Assembly (NCBI GenBank): GCA_051117555.1
Contig: JBNPEG010000006.1
Location: 37,730 to 101,729, forward strand
Direction of reading: 5' to 3'
Source of the DNA: Elainellaceae cyanobacterium
GTDB lineage: Bacteria; Cyanobacteriota; Cyanobacteriia; CAZCXK01
Length of the DNA: 64,000 nt
This document shows, one piece after another, positions 1 through 12,096 of this stretch. Below the pieces are notes generated by a model, which worked only from the letters and a program-made list of their open reading frames with translations, had not been told where the DNA came from and ran no database searches. The position numbers and the translations under genes are program-made. Every line of letters begins with the position of its first letter. Position 1 is the first letter of the stretch.

Positions 1-1800
1 GCAGTTATCATCCTGTTGACCTCTACTCTATATCTAATTTCGAGCCGAGGAGATGCCGAATCGCTTGACCGCAAGATTTCTCCCATATTGAGTAGCGCAT
101 CCTGGATGTCTAATGGAGGGCATGCATCCTCCTTGATGCCGTTTACTCGCCAGGGTAATCAACTTTTTCTTAATGGTCGTGCATTACCTGCAACGTGGAG
201 TCAGCGATCGCAACGCATTGGCATTTCAGATGCAAGCCTGATAGGTGTCTTGGGGGTCGAATGCCTGAATACAGCAGATTCTTCTAAACAGCCGATTCAA
301 TGGTTTTCTCAGTCAGATCGCGATGTACCCGTTCTCTCAACCTGGATGGATCAGCAATATCGCTATCTAGATATCACGCCATTGGCTCAACAAAACGGTT
401 GGACTGTTGACCCCACTGGCAATGTCCTTCAGATTACGACTCCTCCGTCGAGAGTGTTGGGGATTAGGCAAGGTCAGCAAGATTGGGGCGATCGCATTGT
501 GGTTGAATTAGACCGTCCCACTCCCTGGCAAATCACCGAGCAAAATGAACAGGCAATCATTACGATTGACGCATCGGTTGATCCATCGCTTTTGCGCAGT
601 CTTGAGTCAAGAGCAGGGAGATTACTAAAGTCGATATCCGTTGAATCGAGAGGGAATCAAACTCTAGTTCAGCTTGATATCCCACCCAATTTGAGATCTC
701 ACGTTTGGACGCTGGCAAACCCCAATCGACTGGTCATGGATATTCGATCTGATCGCATCCCTGAGCGTGATATTCTTTGGTCGCCAGGAATCAGATGGAA
801 GCAGCAAATGGTAAATGCTGGATCAAATTCACAGTATCCAGTGGTCTGGCTAGAAGTCGATCCCCGTCAGCCAGAACTCCTACTCAAACCGATTTGGAGT
901 AATCCTTCCGCTGCAATAGGTATTGCGCCTCTTCTGACAACGGCTCAACGCTGGCAGGCGGTCGCTGCCGTTAATGGGGGGTTCTTCAACCGCAATAATC
1001 AGCTTCCCCTAGGAGCGATTCGTCAAGATAACCGATGGATTTCGGGCCCCATCTTAAATCGAGGGGCGATCGCCTGGGATGATGCGGGCAATATTGCTAT
1101 AGGTCGGCTCAGTATTCAAGAAACGATTCAAACGTCTACCGGAGAGCAATTTCCCGTTCTCCATCTCAATAGCGGCTATGTGCAAGCAGGCATCGCTCGT
1201 TACACATCCGATTGGGGATCTACTTATACAACGCTGACTGATCACGAGATAGTCGTCACCGTCGAAAGTGAACGGGTTATTCGCCAGCAAGTCGGCTCTG
1301 TTGGAGGGCAGTTGACCGTTCCAATTCCGAGTAATGGATACCTATTAGCACTGCGATCTTACAGAACAGCAGCAAACGCTATTCCTATCGGAACGTCGCT
1401 TCAGCGAGAGACTTACGTTCTTCCATCAGACTTCGAGCGCTATCCGCATGTTGTTGGGGCAGGGCCGCTGCTCATTAAAAATCGTCAAATTGTTCTTAAT
1501 CCACGCTCTGAACAGTTTTCTGAAGCGTTTATTCGTCAAAGAGCCCCTCGAAGCGCCATTGGCATCACGGATCGAAATACCTTGATTGTTGCAGCCGCTT
1601 ATAATAGTCCGCACGGAACGGGACCTAGTTTGTCTGAAATGGCCCAAATTATGCAACGTCTCAGTGTTGTGGATGCACTCAATCTAGATGGAGGAAGTTC
1701 GACGACCCTTTATCTAGGAGGGCAAATTCTTAACCGTTCTCCGCAAACGGCAGCCCGCGTACACAACGGAATCGGCATTTTCATGCAGCCAAGCTTTTAG
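1..1800 (+). CDS. Phosphodiester glycosidase (NAGPA/DUF2233) family protein with AMIN-like domain, 5' truncated by window edge
   Basis: The frame is open from base 1 (AVIILLTSTLYL, a hydrophobic signal-like segment). Motifs include AVNGGFF, APRSAIG and ALNLDGGSST, plus an AMIN-like RIVVEL...NPNRLVMD segment. Confidence 0.8.
   Translation, partial: AVIILLTSTLYLISSRGDAESLDRKISPILSSASWMSNGGHASSLMPFTRQGNQLFLNGRALPATWSQRSQRIGISDASLIGVLGVECLNTADSSKQPIQWFSQSDRDVPVLSTWMDQQYRYLDITPLAQQNGWTVDPTGNVLQITTPPSRVLGIRQGQQDWGDRIVVELDRPTPWQITEQNEQAIITIDASVDPSLLRSLESRAGRLLKSISVESRGNQTLVQLDIPPNLRSHVWTLANPNRLVMDIRSDRIPERDILWSPGIRWKQQMVNAGSNSQYPVVWLEVDPRQPELLLKPIWSNPSAAIGIAPLLTTAQRWQAVAAVNGGFFNRNNQLPLGAIRQDNRWISGPILNRGAIAWDDAGNIAIGRLSIQETIQTSTGEQFPVLHLNSGYVQAGIARYTSDWGSTYTTLTDHEIVVTVESERVIRQQVGSVGGQLTVPIPSNGYLLALRSYRTAANAIPIGTSLQRETYVLPSDFERYPHVVGAGPLLIKNRQIVLNPRSEQFSEAFIRQRAPRSAIGITDRNTLIVAAAYNSPHGTGPSLSEMAQIMQRLSVVDALNLDGGSSTTLYLGGQILNRSPQTAARVHNGIGIFMQPSF
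488..495. repeat. HIP1 octamer GCGATCGC (one example of dozens across the window)
   Basis: GCGATCGC, often as GGCGATCGCC, recurs throughout coding and non-coding DNA. It is a hallmark cyanobacterial palindrome. Confidence 0.95.
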
Positions 1801-2188
1801 AAACCATTAATTTCGAGAAGTCACGTACGCACTATTTCTCTATATAATCATGCGCGAGTGTAAACCGATTCACCATGTGCCTTGAAGCTTCCATAAAGCC
1901 CTGTTGGATTGAGTAAAGAATCAGCACAGATTCAATGAATCCCGAAGGATACGGGTGACATTCTCTAGGGGGAATCTGTTATGTTTGGCTTCAGTAATGA
2001 AACAATCATGCATCATTCCATTGCTTTAGTTACTTAATCCTAATCGCTCTCTTACGCTGCTTATATGCAAGTCATCTTGAGCAAATTCCCCGATGCTCTT
2101 GGAACTTAATTCGCAGGGTTCAATTCGTAAAGTTCTATCTCTACTTACCAAGTATTCGATTTATAGTTTTATCCAAGGAGAGAGTATT

Positions 2189-2608
2189 GTGGTTCAAACC
2201 AAAGAAGTTACACAATCGCCTGCATTGCCATTATCCGCTGGTGCTCCGAAAGGGGTTGCGGCTACAGAACTCCGCCCTTGGGGATCTTTTACAGTCCTTG
2301 AAGAAGGGCGCGGCTATAAAATAAAGCGTATTGAGGTCAAGCCAGGTCATCGCCTAAGCTTGCAAATGCATCATCATCGTAGTGAGCACTGGATCGTTGT
2401 TTCCGGAACAGCGAAGGTTAACTGCGACGAGAAAGAAACCTTATTATTCAGTAATCAATCCACCTACGTGCCCCCCTGTACTAGTCATCGACTGGAAAAT
2501 CCTGGCGTGATCCCGCTCATTTTGATTGAAGTGCAAAATGGTGAATATCTTGGAGAAGATGACATTGTCCGATTCCAAGATGACTATGCTCGTGCGAATG
2601 GTAAATGA
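2189..2608 (+). CDS. Mannose-6-phosphate isomerase type II C-terminal cupin protein
   Basis: RPWGSF and LSLQMHHHRSEHWIVV motifs. The likely GTG start at 2189 follows AAGGAG (ORF track starts at 2093). Confidence 0.85.
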   Translation: MVQTKEVTQSPALPLSAGAPKGVAATELRPWGSFTVLEEGRGYKIKRIEVKPGHRLSLQMHHHRSEHWIVVSGTAKVNCDEKETLLFSNQSTYVPPCTSHRLENPGVIPLILIEVQNGEYLGEDDIVRFQDDYARANGK

Positions 2609-2670
2609 GGCTATCAAGCGGTCAATAGATTCAATAATAAGCAGATAAGTCAGGTTTATATTTTTTGCAG

Positions 2671-2697
2671 AAAGGAGTCTTTGGTGACTCCTTTTTT
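2671..2697 (+). terminator. Rho-independent terminator
   Basis: AAAGGAGTC-tttggt-GACTCCTTT followed by a T-run. Confidence 0.8.
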
Positions 2698-2923
2698 ATT
2701 TTTCCGTTTGGTAGCGTACGTTCTCGCAATAGGACGTCAAACATGTGTAAAACTCCCAAGCGGCAGAGAGCTTAGTACCCCCATCTAAATCCATGAAGCG
2801 ATATCGCTTTATCTATCTTTGTAAGATTTACCAGATCCCCAGCAGAATATGTTGTAGTTCGCAGTTGAGAACTTATACGATTGAGTCATGTCGTTAGCTA
2901 CGTTATGTCTAGGCCAGTGAATA

Positions 2924-3256
2924 ATGATTCAGTTAAGTAAAGCCGCGATCGCCGAGGTCACGCGGCTAAAGCAAAAAACCGCAAATTCTAGTGCTCGATT
3001 TCGCTTATCAGTCCAGCCCGGAGGATGTGCCGATTTCCATTACGTACTCAAATTTTCCGATGAAGTCTTGGCGGGCGATCGCGAAATTAACTGTGAATCG
3101 ATCCAAATCATAGTCGATACAGAAAGTTGGGATTACCTAAGGGGACTGACCCTAGACTATTCCGAGGATCTAATGGGCGGAGGATTTCGATTTTACAATC
3201 CCAATGCAAATCAGACCTGTGGATGTGGAAATTCTTTCTCTATAAACTTAATATAA
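2924..3256 (+). CDS. HesB/IscA-family iron-sulfur cluster assembly accessory protein
   Basis: GGCA and C-terminal CGCGNSF motifs. Confidence 0.9.
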   Translation: MIQLSKAAIAEVTRLKQKTANSSARFRLSVQPGGCADFHYVLKFSDEVLAGDREINCESIQIIVDTESWDYLRGLTLDYSEDLMGGGFRFYNPNANQTCGCGNSFSINLI

Positions 3257-3297
3257 GCTCAAGCCATTAGCGATTCATCATAACTATGACTCCTCGA

Positions 3298-3327
3298 TTG
3301 ACAGTGGTTTTGTTTTACCGCTAAAAT
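3298..3327 (+). promoter_or_regulatory. Candidate sigma70 promoter of the str operon
   Basis: TTGACA-18 nt-TAAAAT about 60 nt upstream of rpsL. Confidence 0.6.
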
Positions 3328-3385
3328 AATAGACTGTTGCAAATTTGGATCTGTATTTTAAGAGAGGCAAAATAAAGCCAGTCCC

Positions 3386-3760
3386 ATGCCCACAATTCAA
3401 CAGTTGATTAGTAGCGAACGTCGCAAAACCAAGCAAAAGACTAAGTCTCCTGCATTAAAGAGTTGCCCTCAACGTCGAGGAGTATGTACGCGGGTCTATA
3501 CTACAACTCCAAAGAAGCCGAATTCGGCCTTGCGCAAGGTGGCAAGGGTCAGATTAACGTCTGGCTTCGAGGTGACGGCCTATATTCCAGGAATCGGGCA
3601 TAATTTGCAAGAGCACTCAGTTGTAATGATTCGAGGAGGTCGCGTTAAAGACTTGCCTGGAGTCCGTTACCACATTATTCGTGGAACGTTAGATACAGCG
3701 GGTGTTAAAGACCGTCGGCAGAGCCGTTCCAAATACGGAGCCAAGCGCCCTAAAGGATAG
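3386..3760 (+). CDS. rpsL: 30S ribosomal protein S12
   Basis: [28 protein letters not shown]. Confidence 0.99.
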   Translation: MPTIQQLISSERRKTKQKTKSPALKSCPQRRGVCTRVYTTTPKKPNSALRKVARVRLTSGFEVTAYIPGIGHNLQEHSVVMIRGGRVKDLPGVRYHIIRGTLDTAGVKDRRQSRSKYGAKRPKG

Positions 3761-3937
3761 ACGGTCTAAAGACGCTCTTTCTCATTTAGGTATAGGTCAA
3801 GCAGAGCTTACCTGCATTTAGGCATAGTTTTGCTATGCAGAGCGAGTATTTTTGACTCGTTTCAGTTACTTTAGAGATATCTGCGCTCTAGAACTTTATT
3901 TATAGATCTTTCGGAAAATTTTAGGAATTTTGAAGGT

Positions 3938-4408
3938 ATGTCTCGCCGTACATCTGCTCAAAAGCGTGCCACTCAATCAGATCCGGTATACAATAGCCGC
4001 CTCGTTAGTATGATGGTTTGTCGTATTATGAGGTCCGGGAAAAAGTCCCTCTCTTATCGGATCATTTACGATGCTTTCAAAGTGATAGAAGAGCGAACCA
4101 ATTCAGATCCTTTGGAAGTTTTTGAGCAGGCTGTTAGAAATGCTACTCCCCTCGTTGAAGTCAAGGCGCGTCGAGTCGGAGGAGCAACATACCAAGTTCC
4201 AATGGAAGTTCGCTCAGAGCGTGGTATTGCGCTAGCATTGCGCTGGTTAATCCAGTTCTCTCGACAGCGTTCTGGACGTTCGATGGCCATGAAGTTAGCT
4301 AATGAGCTAATGGATGCCGCGAACGAAACAGGCAGCGCTATTCGAAAGAGAGAAGAAACTCATCGTATGGCGGAAGCGAATAAAGCATTTGCCCATTATC
4401 GATATTGA
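3938..4408 (+). CDS. rpsG: 30S ribosomal protein S7
   Basis: [22 protein letters not shown]. Confidence 0.99.
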   Translation: MSRRTSAQKRATQSDPVYNSRLVSMMVCRIMRSGKKSLSYRIIYDAFKVIEERTNSDPLEVFEQAVRNATPLVEVKARRVGGATYQVPMEVRSERGIALALRWLIQFSRQRSGRSMAMKLANELMDAANETGSAIRKREETHRMAEANKAFAHYRY

Positions 4409-4500
4409 CGCTTGGAAAGGCTGCCTTGTTGAGATGCGAGAGTATAGAATCTTAACAGATGCGGTAAACGAGGATGGCGCCAGAGGTTAAGGAGGTAGCT

Positions 4501-6576
4501 GTGGCACGTAGTATTCCACTTGAGAAAATACGAAATATTGGGATCGCTGCCCATATCGATGCAGGCAAGACGACGACGACAGAGCGAATTTTGTTTTATT
4601 CTGGAGTCGTTCATAAGCTGGGCGAGGTGCATGAAGGGACAGCAGTTACCGATTGGATGGCGCAGGAGAGAGAGCGTGGAATTACGATTACTGCCGCCGC
4701 GATTAGCACAAATTGGAAAGATCATCGAATTAACATCATCGATACTCCTGGACACGTAGATTTCACCATTGAGGTGGAGCGTTCCATGAGGGTACTAGAC
4801 GGTGTCATTACTGTGTTGTGCTCTGTGGGCGGAGTCCAACCGCAGACTGAAACCGTTTGGCGTCAAGCTGACCGCTATAAAGTGCCTCGCATTGCGTTCG
4901 TTAACAAAATGGATCGCACAGGCGCTAACTTTTTCAGAGTTTATGATCAAGTTCGCGATCGCCTGCGAGCTAATGCCGTGCCGATTCAGCTTCCAATAGG
5001 CAGTGAAGATCAATTCAGCGGTGTTATAGACTTAGTGAGCATGAATGCTCGAATCTATAACGACGATCTCGGCATGGATATGGTCGATACGGATATTCCC
5101 GATAGCGTTCGTGAATTAGCTGATGAGTATCGCTCAATTCTGATGGAAGCAGTTGCTGAAACCAGTGATAGGCTCACAGAAAAGTATTTAGAAGGTAAAG
5201 AATTTACCGAGGAAGAAATTCGATCAGCAGTTCGCAAGGCAACTATTGAAGGCAAAATGGTGCCGATGCTCTGTGGTTCTGCCTTTAAGAATAAAGGCGT
5301 TCAGTTACTACTCGATACTGTCGTTGACTATCTGCCTGCACCTATTGAAGTTCCTCCCATCCAAGGAATGCTTTCCGATGGTTCAGTTGCAGTTCGCCAT
5401 GCTTCTGATGAAGAGCCGCTTGCGGCGCTTGCATTCAAAATCATGGCGGATCAGTATGGTCGTTTGACATTTCTTAGAGTTTACTCAGGAATTTTGGCAA
5501 AGGGTAGCTATGTTTACAACTCCAACAAAGACAAAAAAGAGAGGATTTCTAGGCTGATTGTTTTAAAGGCAGATGAGCGTACCGAGGTTGATGAGTTGCG
5601 TGCTGGTGATTTGGGTGCAGCGCTAGGCTTGAAGGACACGTTTACAGGGGATACTCTCTGTGATAGCGAATCGCCTGTAATTTTAGAGTCTCTATACATT
5701 CCAGAGCCTGTAATCTCTGTTGCAGTCGAGCCTAAAACGAAGCAAGATATGGAGAAGCTCTCTAAGGCTTTGCAATCTTTGTCTGATGAAGATCCAACAT
5801 TTCGGGTGTCCATAGATCCTGAGACTAATCAGACGGTGATTGCCGGCATGGGTGAGCTTCATCTCGAAATTTTAGTAGACCGCATGCTGCGCGAGTTTAA
5901 AGTGGAAGCTAATATTGGTGCTCCACAGGTTGCTTATCGCGAGACAATTCGAAAACGGATAGCGACTGAAGGGAAATTTATTAGACAAAGTGGTGGCAAG
6001 GGGCAATATGGTCACGTTGTCATTGAGGTGGAGCCTAGTGAACCCGGCAGTGGATTTGAATTTGTCTCTAAAATTGTTGGAGGGTCGATTCCAAAAGAAT
6101 ATATTTCACCTGCAGAGCAAGGAATGAAAGAAGCTTGCGAATCGGGGATTTTAGCGGGTTACCCGGTCATCGATCTAAAGGTAACTTTAATCGATGGTTC
6201 TTATCATGACGTTGACTCTTCGGAAATGGCTTTCAAGATTGCAGGATCTATGGCGATTAAGGATGCGGTGATTAAGGCTGCTCCCGTTTTGCTAGAGCCT
6301 ATGATGAAAGTAGAGATAGAAGTCCCCGAAGATTTTCTGGGTGATGTGATAGGCGACCTAAATTCTCGTCGTGGTCAAATTGAGGGTATGGGATCAGATG
6401 AAGGCATTGCTAAAATCTCTTCCAAGGTGCCTTTGGCCGAAATGTTCGGATATGCTACTGATATCCGATCTAAAACGCAAGGTCGGGGCATATTCTCCAT
6501 GGAGTTTAGCAACTATGATGAGGTGCCTCGCAATGTTGCTGAGGCAGTCATCGCTAAAAGTAAAGGGAACGCATAG
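4501..6576 (+). CDS. fusA: Elongation factor G
   Basis: [15 protein letters not shown] and NKMD motifs. The GTG start at 4501 follows AAGGAGG (ORF track starts at 4474). Confidence 0.99.
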   Translation: MARSIPLEKIRNIGIAAHIDAGKTTTTERILFYSGVVHKLGEVHEGTAVTDWMAQERERGITITAAAISTNWKDHRINIIDTPGHVDFTIEVERSMRVLDGVITVLCSVGGVQPQTETVWRQADRYKVPRIAFVNKMDRTGANFFRVYDQVRDRLRANAVPIQLPIGSEDQFSGVIDLVSMNARIYNDDLGMDMVDTDIPDSVRELADEYRSILMEAVAETSDRLTEKYLEGKEFTEEEIRSAVRKATIEGKMVPMLCGSAFKNKGVQLLLDTVVDYLPAPIEVPPIQGMLSDGSVAVRHASDEEPLAALAFKIMADQYGRLTFLRVYSGILAKGSYVYNSNKDKKERISRLIVLKADERTEVDELRAGDLGAALGLKDTFTGDTLCDSESPVILESLYIPEPVISVAVEPKTKQDMEKLSKALQSLSDEDPTFRVSIDPETNQTVIAGMGELHLEILVDRMLREFKVEANIGAPQVAYRETIRKRIATEGKFIRQSGGKGQYGHVVIEVEPSEPGSGFEFVSKIVGGSIPKEYISPAEQGMKEACESGILAGYPVIDLKVTLIDGSYHDVDSSEMAFKIAGSMAIKDAVIKAAPVLLEPMMKVEIEVPEDFLGDVIGDLNSRRGQIEGMGSDEGIAKISSKVPLAEMFGYATDIRSKTQGRGIFSMEFSNYDEVPRNVAEAVIAKSKGNA

Positions 6577-6610
6577 TCAATAAAGAGTCAGAGAGAGGAA
6601 GACGTAACTC

Positions 6611-7840
6611 ATGGCACGCGCAAAGTTCGAACGGAATAAACCTCACGTAAATATCGGTACCATCGGTCACGTTGACCATGGCAAAACCACGCTCACAGCT
6701 GCAATTACCATGGCTTTAGCCGTTACCGGGGGCGGTAAGGCTCGGAAGTATGATGAAATCGATGCAGCTCCTGAGGAAAAAGCCCGGGGAATTACTATCA
6801 ATACGGCTCACGTTGAGTATCAGACTGCAAATCGTCACTATGCTCACGTAGATTGCCCAGGTCACGCTGACTATGTGAAGAATATGATCACTGGTGCGGC
6901 TCAGATGGATGGAGCGATCTTAGTCGTATCTGCGGCAGATGGTCCTATGCCACAAACGCGGGAGCATATTCTTCTTGCGAAGCAGGTCGGAGTTCCTAAC
7001 ATCGTGGCCTTCCTCAATAAGCAGGATCAAGTCGATGATGAAGAGCTTTTGGAGCTTGTCGAACTTGAGGTTAGAGAGCTCTTAAGTTCTTACGATTTTC
7101 CTGGTGACGATATTCCAATCGTTTCTGGCTCTGCTCTCCTAGCGCTAGAAGCATTAACTGAGAATCCGAGCCTTAACAAGGGAGATAACGAGTGGGTTGA
7201 TAAAGTCCTCGCTCTGATGGATAGAGTTGATGAATATATTCCGACACCTGAGCGGGATATTGATAAGCCCTTCTTGATGGCTGTGGAAGACGTTTTCTCA
7301 ATTACTGGTCGTGGAACAGTTGCGACTGGACGGATTGAAAGGGGCAAGGTTAAGGTCGGAGAAACTGTCGAGCTAGTAGGTTTGAAAGATACTCGCAGCA
7401 CCACTGTAACTGGCGTTGAGATGTTTCAGAAAACTCTCGATGAGGGAATGGCTGGAGATAACGTCGGTGTGCTGTTGCGAGGTATCCAGAAAGAGGATAT
7501 TGAGCGAGGCATGGTTTTAGCTAAGCCTGGTTCTATCACTCCCCATACTAAGTTTGAGTCTGAGGTTTACGTCCTTAAGAAAGAAGAAGGTGGACGTCAT
7601 ACTCCCTTCTTTCCTGGTTATCGTCCTCAATTTTATGTGCGGACTACCGACGTAACAGGAACAATCGATGCCTTTACAGCAGATGATGGTTCTGAAGCTG
7701 AAATGGTGATGCCTGGCGATCGCGTTAAGATGACTGTTGAATTGATTAACCCTATTGCAATTGAGCAAGGAATGCGGTTTGCAATTCGCGAGGGTGGTCG
7801 TACGGTTGGTGCTGGAGTCGTCTCCAAAATCCTTAAGTAG
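6611..7840 (+). CDS. tufA: Elongation factor Tu
   Basis: [20 protein letters not shown]. Confidence 0.99.
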   Translation: MARAKFERNKPHVNIGTIGHVDHGKTTLTAAITMALAVTGGGKARKYDEIDAAPEEKARGITINTAHVEYQTANRHYAHVDCPGHADYVKNMITGAAQMDGAILVVSAADGPMPQTREHILLAKQVGVPNIVAFLNKQDQVDDEELLELVELEVRELLSSYDFPGDDIPIVSGSALLALEALTENPSLNKGDNEWVDKVLALMDRVDEYIPTPERDIDKPFLMAVEDVFSITGRGTVATGRIERGKVKVGETVELVGLKDTRSTTVTGVEMFQKTLDEGMAGDNVGVLLRGIQKEDIERGMVLAKPGSITPHTKFESEVYVLKKEEGGRHTPFFPGYRPQFYVRTTDVTGTIDAFTADDGSEAEMVMPGDRVKMTVELINPIAIEQGMRFAIREGGRTVGAGVVSKILK

Positions 7841-7862
7841 AGATTATCCGAACTTTGTTTAC

Positions 7863-7903
7863 AGGCTATCAGCTCCTTCTTATGAGAGGGCAGTTGATAG
7901 CCT
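7863..7903 (+). other. Intercistronic stem-loop between tufA and rpsJ
   Basis: AGGCTATCAGCT...AGTTGATAGCCT pairing; probably stabilises or attenuates mRNA. Confidence 0.6.
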
Positions 7904-7960
7904 TATATTCTCCGAACCTAGACAACAAAATTTGAAGTAACTAACTGGATAGGCAGTTTG

Positions 7961-8278
7961 ATGGCAACGATTCAGCAGCAGAAAATTCGAATCCGCTTGA
8001 AAGCATTTGATCGAAGTTTACTTGACACATCCTGTGAAAAGATTGTAGACACCGCTAATCGAACCAACGCAACGGCAATTGGTCCAATTCCGCTTCCGAC
8101 AAAGCGCAGAATTTATTGTGTATTGCGATCGCCTCATGTCGATAAAGACTCTCGTGAGCATTTCGAGACGAGGACTCATCGACGGATCATTGATATTTAT
8201 CAACCTTCATCGAAAACAATTGATGCACTCATGAAGTTAGATCTTCCTGCAGGTGTAGATATCGAGGTTAAGCTCTAG
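7961..8278 (+). CDS. rpsJ: 30S ribosomal protein S10
   Basis: [24 protein letters not shown]. Confidence 0.99.
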   Translation: MATIQQQKIRIRLKAFDRSLLDTSCEKIVDTANRTNATAIGPIPLPTKRRIYCVLRSPHVDKDSREHFETRTHRRIIDIYQPSSKTIDALMKLDLPAGVDIEVKL

Positions 8279-8638
8279 CATTCCGTACTGTACGGCATCA
8301 TTTTATCTGGCTAGAGAACAATCTGAAGAGGGGGTGCTCCCTCATTCTTGCTGCTGCATTTGGCTTTCTTGAATCGCAGTTGCCAGGCTAGTTAACTAGT
8401 AGGTATCTGCGATTCACGGTTCTAACGCATATATCATTGCCCTTGACTATTGTCTTGTTAGGTCGGGTGTCGTATCTACACGTTTTGGATAGGATATCCA
8501 CCTTAGATTCAAGGCGGTAGGAATGCATCAATGAATGATGTTGTTTCAGACTAAAGTCTGCTGCTGAAGCGTGCGTTCGACAGGTAATCTAGAGAAGAGA
8601 GCTGCAAAATCTTACGATTGAGTCATAGGAAACTTGAT

Positions 8639-8974
8639 ATGGTACGTAGCGTTTCTCCGATTACAGATGCACAGTTTGATTCAGAAGTCTTGGGATCAGA
8701 CGAGCCCGTTGTTGTATATTTTTGGGCTCCGTGGTGCGGTCCATGTCGTCTGATGAGCCCCATTATGGACTGGGTCGCAGAGACATACCCCCATGTAAAG
8801 GTTGTCAAAATGGAAGTCGATCCCAATCCTGATGCAGTTTCGAAATGCAATATCCAGGGAGTTCCAGCCTTGGCAATGTTTCGAGATGGACAATCCGTTC
8901 AGTCTGTTGAAGGTGCTGTCAGCAAATCCCAACTGACTAGTCTCTTAGAAATGCATTTATCTCCAGCGACCTAG
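8639..8974 (+). CDS. Thioredoxin, probably x-type (cyanobacterial TrxB-like)
   Basis: YFWAPWCGPCRLMSP active site and KMEVDPNP motif; likely ATG at 8639. Confidence 0.85.
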   Translation: MVRSVSPITDAQFDSEVLGSDEPVVVYFWAPWCGPCRLMSPIMDWVAETYPHVKVVKMEVDPNPDAVSKCNIQGVPALAMFRDGQSVQSVEGAVSKSQLTSLLEMHLSPAT

Positions 8975-9039
8975 GATAGTGAAAGATGTAGGTCTGAGTT
9001 ATCAGACATCGGTGCAATTCGAACGGGATAGATAATATT

Positions 9040-10215
9040 ATGCGATTTGCAAATCGTACAGAATCTTTTAAAGCTAATGTTTTTGCGGACATGGATCACG
9101 CAAAAGCAAGGGCAAAATCGGCAGGGCGGCATTTAATTGATCTTTCGCTGGGATCATCAGATTTGCCTGCGGCGCCTCATGTGTTGGAAACTATCGCTCA
9201 GTCATTGCAGGATCGCAGCACTCACGGATATCTACTATTCCATGGGACTCGGTCTTTCCGGGATGCAGCTGCTCAATGGTATACGCAGCGTTTTGGCGTT
9301 TCGGTCGATCCAGACACTGAGGTGTTGGCACTCATTGGTTGTCAGGAAGGAACGGCTCATCTGCCGCTTGCTATCTTAAATCCTGGGGATTTTGCTTTAT
9401 TACAAGACCCGGGATATCCGTCCCATGCAGGAGGAGTTTATCTTGCCAGCGGACAAGTCTACGCAATGCCATCAGAGGAAAAAAACGGGTTTCTCCCGAT
9501 TTTTGAAGATATTCCGCCCCCTGTGCTTGCTCAGGCTCGCATGATGGTCTTAAGCTATCCGCATAATCCAACAACGGCGATCGCGCCACTGTCTTTTTTC
9601 CAAAAGGCGGTCAGCTTTTGTCAAGACCATGACCTAGCCTTAGTTCACGATTTTCCGTATGCTGATGTAGTGTTTGACGGGACAATTGCTCCGTCCGTGT
9701 TGCAGGCGGATCGGAATAAGACCGTATCAATCGAATTTTTTACCATGTCAAAGTCATACAACATGGGGGGCTTTCGAGTAGGCTATGCCATTGGGAATGC
9801 AGAGCTTATTCAAGCATTGCGGCGTGTTAAGGCATTGATTGACTTTAACCAATATCGAGGCATTTTGAACGGGGCGATCGCCGCGTTGACAGGGCCTCAA
9901 GAGCCCGTTAGACAAACGATTGACACATTCCGCCAGCGCCGAGATGCATTTGTGCAAGCCCTTCACCACATTGGATGGGACGTGCCGATTCCATCTGCGA
10001 CTATGTATGTGTGGGCGAAATTACCGACCCCTTGGAGAAACGATTCCATGGGATTTTGTACTCAATTAGTTGAGTCAACCGGAGTAGCCGCATCGCCAGG
10101 AGCCGGTTTCGGGAAATCGGGGGAGGGATATGTGCGATTCGCTCTCGTCCATGATCCGTCAACTCTTGAAACAGCTGTTAAGCGAATTGCCCAGTTTCTC
10201 TCTCAAGAAAGTTGA
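9040..10215 (+). CDS. PLP-dependent class I/II aminotransferase (LL-DAP aminotransferase-like)
   Basis: SYPHNPT, DFPY, TMSKSYNMGGFRVG (PLP lysine), GEGYVRFAL. Confidence 0.85.
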   Translation: MRFANRTESFKANVFADMDHAKARAKSAGRHLIDLSLGSSDLPAAPHVLETIAQSLQDRSTHGYLLFHGTRSFRDAAAQWYTQRFGVSVDPDTEVLALIGCQEGTAHLPLAILNPGDFALLQDPGYPSHAGGVYLASGQVYAMPSEEKNGFLPIFEDIPPPVLAQARMMVLSYPHNPTTAIAPLSFFQKAVSFCQDHDLALVHDFPYADVVFDGTIAPSVLQADRNKTVSIEFFTMSKSYNMGGFRVGYAIGNAELIQALRRVKALIDFNQYRGILNGAIAALTGPQEPVRQTIDTFRQRRDAFVQALHHIGWDVPIPSATMYVWAKLPTPWRNDSMGFCTQLVESTGVAASPGAGFGKSGEGYVRFALVHDPSTLETAVKRIAQFLSQES

Positions 10216-10325
10216 GCTAAAGTTAAGCTGTTTTTTCTCATAGACAACTTTTTGCGTCGATTTTTCTCTGCATAGCGATTTGCGCGTCAACACCAGAAAT
10301 AGGGGTAGGGTCACGCTGTGACCTT

Positions 10326-12035
10326 CTAAAAATTTTGAGCGTATTTTCTTTCGAAAAAAGTCTCACTGACTCTACACCCCAATGCTGATATCAATAAGAC
10401 AGGTGTGAGCCAGTTTCCGAACCGGATATAAGGTGTTTGAGTTTGGCGACGATAAATCGTATCGGAATGGAATTCGTAGGTGTTGATGTCCGATCGCCAT
10501 AGTGTTCGTCCATGGGCATCAACGAACGCGGAGTAGCCTGTATTAGTTGCTCGGGCTGCCCATCGATCGGTTTCAATAGACCGCATAACATCTTGAGCGT
10601 GATGTTGAGAGGGCATCGCAGCACTGTAATGAGCATTATTCGATGCTGTGATGATAAATTCTCCCCCTGCTGCTGCTTGTTGGCGGAAATGATCTGGATA
10701 GGCAGATTCGTAGCAAATGGCTGCGATCGCTCGACCAAACGGAGTATCAACGTGCTGATCAAGCGCACCGGGCACAAGATGGGCATCGAGCGGCGAAAGG
10801 CGATTGACTAACCTTCCAATCCATCGCTGCAACGGAATATACTCTCCAAGCGGTACCAGGCGGACTTTTCGATACTCATTGATGGTTTCCCCCTTTCCTG
10901 TAATCGTAAACAAGCTATTAGTGATTGAGTTGCCTTCCCTGCCAAATGCCCCAAGCCATACGGGGACTTCTCGATCTAGAATGGCTCGAAAGAAGGATGA
11001 TTGAGCGGGCGTTTGGTCAGTCCATATAGTGGGGAGAGCGGTTTCTGGAGTCAATACAGCATCCACTCCTTGTTCAGCAAGTTGCAGATAGCCAGTGGTA
11101 TATCCTTCAATTGCTCGTCTCCAGCCTTCGTCGTAAAGCTTAATAGTGTTGGGGATATTGCCCTGAATCACTCCAACTTTTAATGCATCCTGGGGAGAGA
11201 GGGAAAGCGGTTGACTATATAGAACAAACCCTAACCCATGACATGCTGCAAATAGTAAGAGCGCGATCGCCCAATAACGCTTGCCTCGTTGAGATTGGGG
11301 TGTCTTACGAAGGGGTGAGGTGCGAGTGAATCGGCTGCTGAGCCAGGCTTCAGCGAGAAGCCCATTGACCGCAACAAGCGCAGCGCTCACGGCTAGAGGA
11401 CCAGACAGTCGCCCCACATGTAAGATAATTAGATTGGTTGGACTTTGGGTATATGCAAATGTTGACCAATTCAGAGGACCCAATAGCCACAAGGCTTCTA
11501 AGCCACACCAAAGCGCCGCACCCACCAAGACTCGGCGTAGCGGAGATGAGGTCGGTTTGAGCAACCGCATTGATTTAAATCGAATAGTGCTGGCACATAG
11601 AAGCTGAAACAGACCTGCCCACAATCCGACTAAAATTGCTCCCCATGCGGTAATAAATATCCAGCAAAATAGGGCGATCGCCAAACTAGCAAGCCAGGGA
11701 ACCCCCATCCATGTCATAGGATGAACCCCTGTAATCCAAAATATGGCAAGACCGTGATAGCCGGCCCCCCAGGCTAATCCTAAAAGTACGGGAAAAGAGG
11801 AGTAGAACCGTCGATCTGAGTATCGGGGATCACCTGCCTGCTGTGATTTAGAATACTTAGTTACGAGTACCCATAACGGCACTAGAGCAACCCAAGCAAG
11901 CATCCAAAGATTGGTTGGCGCCGGGGACAACCCGGCGCCCAAACCACCCAGTAGCGCAATCAAAATCGACACCGGGCGATCGCCTAGGCGAAAGCGTTTC
12001 TGAATATGGAAAATCAAGGATTGAACCATTACCAC
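10326..12035 (-). CDS. lnt: Apolipoprotein N-acyltransferase
   Basis: TM helices plus nitrilase-fold motifs QGNI, PETA, K..LVPLGEY and ICYE. Confidence 0.95.
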   Translation of the reverse strand: MVMVQSLIFHIQKRFRLGDRPVSILIALLGGLGAGLSPAPTNLWMLAWVALVPLWVLVTKYSKSQQAGDPRYSDRRFYSSFPVLLGLAWGAGYHGLAIFWITGVHPMTWMGVPWLASLAIALFCWIFITAWGAILVGLWAGLFQLLCASTIRFKSMRLLKPTSSPLRRVLVGAALWCGLEALWLLGPLNWSTFAYTQSPTNLIILHVGRLSGPLAVSAALVAVNGLLAEAWLSSRFTRTSPLRKTPQSQRGKRYWAIALLLFAACHGLGFVLYSQPLSLSPQDALKVGVIQGNIPNTIKLYDEGWRRAIEGYTTGYLQLAEQGVDAVLTPETALPTIWTDQTPAQSSFFRAILDREVPVWLGAFGREGNSITNSLFTITGKGETINEYRKVRLVPLGEYIPLQRWIGRLVNRLSPLDAHLVPGALDQHVDTPFGRAIAAICYESAYPDHFRQQAAAGGEFIITASNNAHYSAAMPSQHHAQDVMRSIETDRWAARATNTGYSAFVDAHGRTLWRSDINTYEFHSDTIYRRQTQTPYIRFGNWLTPVLLISALGCRVSETFFERKYAQNF

Positions 12036-12052
12036 CCGATGCCCATACTTCT

Positions 12053-12082
12053 TTTAGATACCTTTAGATACCTTTAGATACC
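12053..12082. repeat. Short tandem repeat (TTTAGATACC)x3 in the gyrA-lnt spacer
   Basis: Directly visible 10-bp unit repeated three times. Confidence 0.9.
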
Positions 12083-12096
12083 CCAGGTATCAACAC

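Noticed and set aside
4066..7827. Antisense and alternate-frame ORFs within rpsG, fusA and tufA (and similar shadows across the window)
   Set aside because: They overlap well-supported genes and are expected from codon bias.
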